44,397 nucleotides of DNA from contig BDIP01000023.1 in assembly GCA_003568945.1 (NCBI GenBank), forward strand, positions 1 to 44,397, given 5' to 3'. The notes beneath the pieces were generated by a model, which was given only the letters and a program-made list of their open reading frames with translations, was not told where the DNA came from and did no database searches. Numbering within the stretch: position 1 is the first letter of the stretch; each line of letters opens with the position of its first letter. The DNA is from Kipferlia bialata (lineage: Eukaryota). Positions 37,901 through 44,397 of this stretch are shown here, one piece after another. The position numbers were made by a program, and so were the translations under genes.

Positions 37901-40900
37901 TGTAGACACTCACTCACAGGTACACTACTGGCTTTGGGTTTGATGAAGCATTCTGTCTTGCAGTCCTAGCAACTGCTGGTACAACTGTTGGAGGTCAGTA
38001 GCTATAATCATGACTCAAGCTGGCATTGATATATATATACCTTTGATGTATGGACCATGCAGTATGGTTATACATAGAAGTCTACCCTAAAACTATTCTT
38101 ACGCTGCAGTTTCTATCATTCTTATGGTCCTGCCCGCCACTCGCCGGTGGAAATACATTCTAGGTCGATTGCTGACAGTTCGTTTTGACCTCGACCCAGG
38201 TGTGCCACGGACCAGGTACCGATACATAGAGCTGTATATCATATATATGATCTTTCTACGCGATTACTAATCCAGACCTGACATGGAGACTACCATCTCT
38301 AACCTGCCTGCTGTGTTTCTATCCGACGGGTGGCACAGTGACAACACGGGTAGCTGGGCACAGCTGGTGAAGGATAGGTACCAATGATACATACTATGGA
38401 TATTGCTCCCATTATAGTCAGATAACTCCAATATATACCCCATCATAGAGGTTCTCACTCAGGTATCCTACCTTCGTGGCTGACTCTGACCCCCACCAGA
38501 CAGGATTGACCATGTCTCTCAGTACGTGAACAACTAAGTAATTGTCAGTCAAATGATAGTATGGTTCATACACCTCACTGGTTGACAATCACCTACTGAT
38601 GCGAACTCAGTGTTAGTATCCCAATGATTGAGTCATACTTGTTGCCACTCCTAACTCTCAGTGTTGATCAAGGCTGCTGAGAGGCTCGACATGGAGACTG
38701 CCGCAGCTCTACCATCCTCTCTCGCGTTCTGCCAAGGTGAGTGCCGATCACACGTCTATTGTGGTATACTATGCGTCCATGCTCTCTCTTAACAAGCAGA
38801 AGACGACAGTTACCCTGCACCTCAGCAGGCTGATAGGGCTGCAACTCCATCGGTTAGAGAGAAGCAGGATTATCAAGTTCGAACAGATGAGTCAGTGGAA
38901 CAGGACACTAGCATTATTACTGCATCTCAGGAGCTACAGGCTGATGTGACTCTGTTGAAGGTACTAATGAGAGTCACCCCGTGTTTCAAGCCAACTAGTA
39001 TGATTGTGTCATCTAGAAGAATGTGTACTACAGCACTAGGTCTAATGATGGAGACTGTCGTGTACACAGTAACTCTTCGATTCTAGTCTCACCCTCAGGG
39101 GTGTGTGCAGGTGTTGGGCGCTGATGAAGACCTGGATGTTGGTCAGGTAGGGTGCAATACATACATATCCGGAGATCGCGACCTGTTGGTAATTCTTTGT
39201 TATCTGCCAACATTGTATTGGAGTTGCGTCTAACACACAGTTGCCTAGTACCCTACGAAACCGTCTAGCTGCATCAACACGGGTCTTGAATGCTGCACGA
39301 TGGAGTAACAGGACCATCGTGTCCACGATAACAGAGACATTTGTCACACCTGCTGGAAGAAGGTAAGTATGATTCCTATTGGGTGGATCACTGTATATGT
39401 CTGCTCTACTATAGTCACATTCTGACCAAGGCTTGATCTGGAGTGGCTGGACAAGGCGTGGCTAGGAGTGGTCATTATGGCTGATACCAGTAGAGGTACA
39501 CATTTGGGTACATTCATGATTATAGCTCTCTAAGGGGGCCTTTCATGCCAGGCATGATACTTAGGTCCCAACCACGTGCGGCTAGCACAATGGGTATTTC
39601 TCGGGCCAGACCGGGTGCCTCAGTAACCCAGTATAGGTGCACCAACAATATTACATAGTGTTTGTACATATTACCCTTACAAAAGGGATGACTTCCGCCA
39701 GCAGGCCATAGCACCAGGGTCCCGGGTGTCATACCAGTCTCGAACCAGACTCAGTTCCCAAGAAGGTACCTATTTGCGTAGTGTTCTTTTTGACAATGCA
39801 GAAGTAGACTAACAAGCAGTTCAGGATGAGGAAGAGATTATAAACCTGGCAGCTCAGGACCTGATAGATAGCCTGGCCGGTAAGAACGTCCGGCCAGCTA
39901 GTGTGCCTGTAGTAGGAATGAAGTCACTGGTTGGTGAGACTAGTCATATGGAGTCGAGAACGTTTTCCAGCCCATACATGTCTGCACGTCTGGGTACGTC
40001 TCCTGCTGTACCGAGAGAGATACTGCAAGACTTGCCAGCTCCAAGGCCTCTCAATGGAAAGGGCATTGACCTGACCCAAGTAGGTGCTACCCTACTATCG
40101 CCGGTAAGTATGGGGTGTTTCACACATATGAATGAAGCTTACCCGTCTCTCTTTGACCTTGCAGACAGGTGGTCTGATGTGGTTCTGGCTTGTGCCGCGG
40201 GCAGGGTCATTGAGCATACAGGCCGCAACAGGTATGTAACATAACCACACACATCCACTATCAGACCCCGTAAATGCCACTGTATAGCGTAATGATTCCC
40301 AGGTGTGACCTGTTGTGACCCTGGAAACGCTGTTCTTCAGAGACAACTTGGGAGTACTATTGAGTGTCGGTGAGGAACCCAAGACTCACGGTGTAGTAAT
40401 AGCTATCATAATCTCCCTCTTCTTACCCCCAGTATTCCTGATATGGCCGTTGGCAACCAGTTCATGACACCTGAGACAGCTAGGTACACTCGTAGTATTG
40501 AGTACTAAGCATACCAGTGACACTAGTACGGTATGTCTGGTATCTGCGTTCTGCAAATGACACAGGCTATTCCATCGCACTGGCGTCTATGCGTATGTGT
40601 CAGTGATAGAGGTGTCGTTGGCTACTATGGGTGAGTGCAGTTCTGCAACCGACGAAGAGTATGTGTCGCACTTAAACACTCACTCAGGATACCGCAACGC
40701 AGCCCCCACGTCTTACTGGCTATGGCTGGCAGACATATATGGAGAGGCTGTGAGTGACGCATCACGACAGGTAACCCATTACACTCGATCTTTCACCCTT
40801 TGTGTCTCTAACCTTAGCTCCCACTACTACACGATAGACCCCTGACTCGGTGTATCGACACTGTGACAGCACTGGCCAGGATAGTGCATAGAGTGCGTCT

Positions 40901-41737
40901 TGAGTGCAGAGGCGGACTAGCAGACAAGGGTATGGGGAGGGACCACCACATATCCACTCTACCCTGGATTACGGGGGTCGAAGATGCCGTGCGGTGAGTA
41001 CTTGTGTTCCAAAACCAATGCGGTGAACACTGCTGGGAAACTGACCTCCAGTCTATGCCGTAGAGACGCCCGTCTAGCTGGATGTGGAGTCCCATTAGTA
41101 CCAGTGGGACGGGAGAACGTCCCAGGTATTGACTACACATCACCATATCTTGTGTCATCTATCGCCAAAGACTATTGAATTTGGTTGAGATCTCATTGCG
41201 CACTGTTCTCTGACAACAGACCCCCTGGAGTCCGAGACCAGAGACACACTCAGAGTGACCGACGCATGTGTCTTACCAAGCACTGAGGCTCCCAATAGCG
41301 TACCTATCCAATCTGACACAGTGACTGGTGATCCATATTACACCTGCAATGGAGGAAGCAGCGCAGAAGACTCTATTCTTGTTCTTGGCGATGCTTCAAA
41401 CCATGGACAGAGTCAGGATATTGAGGTAATCGATGGGTCTCTAGCAGATCTTCCCGTACACACCAGCGAAGGTACGGGGGATAGCAGGGAGGACGGAGGT
41501 ACCACCGAAGATACGGTTGATCCTCCTCTCCCAGCAACCTCCTACAAGTGGAAGAGAGCAGGGGAGAGAAGGGCGGCTGAGAAGGCCAAGATTGCTAGAA
41601 GAGCAGCCAGGGAGGAGGAGAGGGGGCGGCAGGAGAGGGAGAGAGCCGCTGCCAAAGATATAGCTGGTCAGTGTGTGTTACTGGCTGAGGTATCGATGGA
41701 GGCACTGCGTCGGTACATGGAAGAGAGGAACTCTTAA
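34985..41737 (+). CDS. Membrane-embedded cPLA2/patatin-like (Ser-Asp dyad) acyl hydrolase, many exons
   Basis: First exon (not in the ORF track) MSNVAISGGGIRSACFLA|GVL gives the oxyanion loop plus Arg. Nucleophile elbow HLSSVSGGGF (Ser codon 35223-35225). Multiple TM exons ~35670-36900 and ~37600-38150. Further motifs: LITAVALSGAAIAHHMG, LVSFLSINLGSW, VFLSDGWHSDNTG (Asp codon 38325-38327), IPDMAVGNQFMTPETAR|LFHRTG. Disordered tail ends 41737. Confidence 0.8.
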
Positions 41738-42342
41738 AGTAGCCTCTCTAAGTTATCCGGTGGAACCACAGTATAGATAGCCGGTTAGACTGGCTGTTAT
41801 TATGTATATATATACTAAAGCTTGATGTTTTACTTGATAATAGATAAGAGTTGTGTCGCTTGTGGCCCACAATGTGGGTTCCCCGAGGGAACTTCCCCCA
41901 TATTCAGTAATGTACATTAGTACTACATACTGATTCAGCTTGGAAACACAACACCCCGATACACAGGTAGTATAGCAGACGGGAGTGGCCATGCAAACCA
42001 ATAGAGTGACTATATCGATTGCGAGTCGCGACTCTCAATGAGACCCACTGTGTACATGCAGCGTTGAGAGATGGGTGTGAGGGAGATGACGGTGGGTCGG
42101 ACTTCTAGGCCTGTGGAGTGGTTCTGGTACCATGTGGTAGGACAGTGGTATCAGTGGCTGAGCATTCTCTGCGGAGGTAATTGTCCTTGATACAAGCAGA
42201 GAGAGGTGACTACTTCAACACGGACATCACCCTCAAGTGCAAAAATGCTGGTCTATTGATCGTGTAACAGTATCTCTACTGTAAGATCGAAACACACCCT
42301 CCCCGCACGGCTTCTCTACACATACACACCGAGGTCACCGTT

Positions 42343-42749
42343 ATGACTAGGTCTACCACGCCTGTGTACCCACCTGACGTACTGAGTGTATTGGAGACAC
42401 TGGGGAAGATGGCCAAGTATGTATAGAGACTTGGTATACCATTGCCACTCATTATTCATAGTTGGGCCTCTAACTCTAGGTGCCCCTGTGGGGAGGTGTA
42501 TGTGGTTGGGGACTGTGGGCTTCCCTGGGAGGTGGCCAGGTGTCCCACCTGTGGCTCAGCAATTGGTGGCACGGGAGACCAGTACGTTCAGGACCAGTGC
42601 TATGATCGTGTATAATACACGACGTGTATTCACTGTAGACTCGTGACTATATGTTGTATTCAGCCTTTTCACATATCTATATGACGTCTTATCCTAGCTT
42701 TGTACCTGGGAATGCTACAGTGACAGCCGCAGAGCTCCTCAACCAGTAA
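42343..42749 (+). CDS. Stand-alone RZ-type zinc finger microprotein (RNF213/ZNFX1-like), 75 aa, 3 exons (42343-42416, 42480-42581, 42698-42749)
   Basis: Two phase-2 GT-AG introns (gtatgt...ctaactctag; gtacgt...atcctag) give MTRSTTPVYPPDVLSVLETLGKMAKCPCGEVYVVGDCGLPWEVARCPTCGSAIGGTGDHFVPGNATVTAAELLNQ*, matching the RZ pattern CxxGHxYxIGxCGxxxxxxxCPxCGxxIGGxxHxLxxGN. Confidence 0.8.
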
Positions 42750-43508
42750 CTCAGGCTGAGTCTCAGCTCCTGCGGCACAACCCGCCTATTGCACAATACG
42801 GTATTGTGACAGTACCATAGCCTCCTTGGATAGAGTATTATTACCTATCACCATGTTCGGACTCTGTATGTCTACTTACTGGCAATAGATGACTCATAGA
42901 GAGCGTTAGGCTTTGTCCTTTTTCATCGTGTGACACACCAGTATACCACCAGTATATGTGGAATGATACTATGTTAATAGACAATCAATACAGTGCCCCA
43001 CGTCCTATTACTCTGTCTTGATACTCACAGGAACCGTAACCAATGGATAAGTTACCAAATTAGTGAACAAATAGTCTGACACCAGACATGAGATACGTAT
43101 AAAGACGGGTCGAGAAGGCTCATAGATGGACCGCGACGAGTTGGCACAGTACTTTGTTTGACATTTGCCAATGATTTGCATGTTTACAACATTTGAATCA
43201 CTGGTAACATATAGATGTGGTGTTGTACATCGAGAATAGCTGAGACTACTGAGATTTATAGCTAAGCCGAGTGATAGACCTACACCAGTGTCCATTCTAA
43301 GGGGTTAGTGACCGTTCGTTTCTTGACCCACTGTGTTTTCTGTGTAGAATTGGTTCTAGGACCTCCCAGCCCTGTCTCTTCTATTCGTATACTTCTCAAT
43401 GACTCTGCCCCTCCTGTGTGTGTGTGCTGTGCTCTTGGGGCTTTGCCTCGCCCAGGTATCGATCTTTACGTAAATATATGCATTTTCCTTATATGTGCTG
43501 TTGGTGCG

Positions 43509-43541
43509 TGAACCAATGAACCAATGAACCAATGAACCAAT
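43509..43541. repeat. (TGAACCAA)x4 short tandem repeat
   Basis: Four perfect 8-mers, giving four CCAAT motifs, followed by a degenerate copy. Confidence 0.9.
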
Positions 43542-43839
43542 CATGAATCAATGATTGGCGATGCTTCCCCCCCCCCCCCCCCTCAGACCCACTCACAGTC
43601 AGTCAGCTGACCATTCCGCATATAGATGCGACGTGTGTGATCTCTGGATGGAGCAGGTATGGTGTCTTTGGCTTATAGATATAGATATGACTAGATACTG
43701 CTTATCTCTCTCTTCGATGTGTGTTGCCCCATAAGCCGCTCTAATATCCATGTCTGATGCTGGTAATAAGTGTGTAGTGTCCTAGCAAGAGTGTATAATG
43801 AGTTCATACTGAGTTATGTTAGGATCTGCCCCCCTCTCT

Positions 43840-43875
<36 letters not shown>

Positions 43876-43890
43876 CTCCCTACCCCCCAG

Positions 43891-44234
43891 CGGTCCGGTG
43901 CCCTCGGGGGTCTGTACAACGCCGTGTTCCTCATCTCGATGGCCTTCTTCATGGCCATCGAGGCATTCCAGAGGTATCACTATCACTCTCAGTATCAGTA
44001 TCTATCAGATATGGCCATCGAGGCATTCCAGAGGTCAGGACGCTTGCTGGGGATACTCTCTAGATCCATTCGCTGTGTTAGTATCTGTCTTCTAATGTAG
44101 CATTCACTGACTATGTCAGGCTAGATGTACCCATAGTCCTCCCCTAATTTTCAGGTTCTTTGCCCCCGAGGAGATTGAGCAGCCCAACCTCGTGCTGATT
44201 GTGTCCACCATAGGACTCCTCTTCAACTTCATAG
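43891..44234 (+). CDS. Cation diffusion facilitator (ZnT/SLC30, Zrc1/Cot1-like), two internal exons (43891-43973, 44155-44234); partial
   Basis: RSGALGGLYNAVFLISMAFFMAIEAFQR|FFAPEEIEQPNLVLIVSTIGLLFNFIG matches the CDF TM3-TM4 pattern RAEILGALxNAVFL...EAIxRFxxPxxIxxPxLVLxVxxxGLxxNxxG. The gene continues past the window end. Confidence 0.85.
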
Positions 44235-44347
44235 GTATATATAGGTATATATAGGTATATATATAGGTATCAGGGTGTCAGTCTATACACTATGTTCCGC
44301 TGCTGATACCTCTGTTGCTAGCTCGTACTCTACCCTGAGCAGTATCC

Positions 44348-44397
<50 letters not shown>

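Noticed and set aside
43509..43560. Four CCAAT boxes as the promoter of the CDF gene
   Set aside because: The CDF start exon could not be located and the motif is explained as a simple tandem repeat.
44348..44397. Long poly-C/poly-G tracts (also near 52-75, 18471-18512, 22396-22420, 43841-43874) as G-quadruplex elements or telomere-like ends
   Set aside because: They lie in introns or at gap/contig edges where homopolymer length is unreliable; no function can be supported.
1..44397. Alternative genetic code (TAA/TAG read as Gln, as in hexamitid diplomonads), transposons, tRNA/rRNA genes
   Set aside because: In-frame stops fall in introns or at plausible gene ends and long exons are free of TAR codons. 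No transposase/RT motifs or structured RNA genes were recognised by eye.

Overview
Intron-rich, gene-dense eukaryotic (protist) genomic DNA in the standard genetic code. It has short GT-AG introns (donors gtgagt/gtatgt/gtacgt, acceptors often ...ctaac...cccag), long poly-C/poly-G tracts and one 594-N gap. The style and the many divergent kelch-like genes resemble a free-living fornicate such as Kipferlia (inference, not verified). Manual splicing gives about 13 genes: a coiled-coil protein, a small unknown gene, a Kelch-HECT-Rcat(RING2) hybrid E3 ligase, two divergent paralogous multi-propeller proteins, an MFS transporter, a membrane-anchored Dcr2/PAP-like metallophosphoesterase, a charged-repeat + degenerate Macro + NUDIX protein, a 5'-truncated multipass membrane protein, an acidic disordered protein, a membrane-embedded cPLA2/patatin-like lipase, a 75-aa stand-alone RZ-finger protein missed by the ORF track, and part of a CDF zinc transporter. 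The three most notable observations: (1) an E3 with two tandem catalytic-cysteine modules (HECT, then RBR Rcat), apparently joined by a GT-AT intron; (2) the stand-alone RNF213/ZNFX1-type RZ finger; (3) a recurrent pattern in which exon-intron junctions are locally duplicated ('echoed') into the adjacent intron in five different genes. Exon structures were inferred by eye without RNA data, and domain calls come from motif recognition, not HMM searches.
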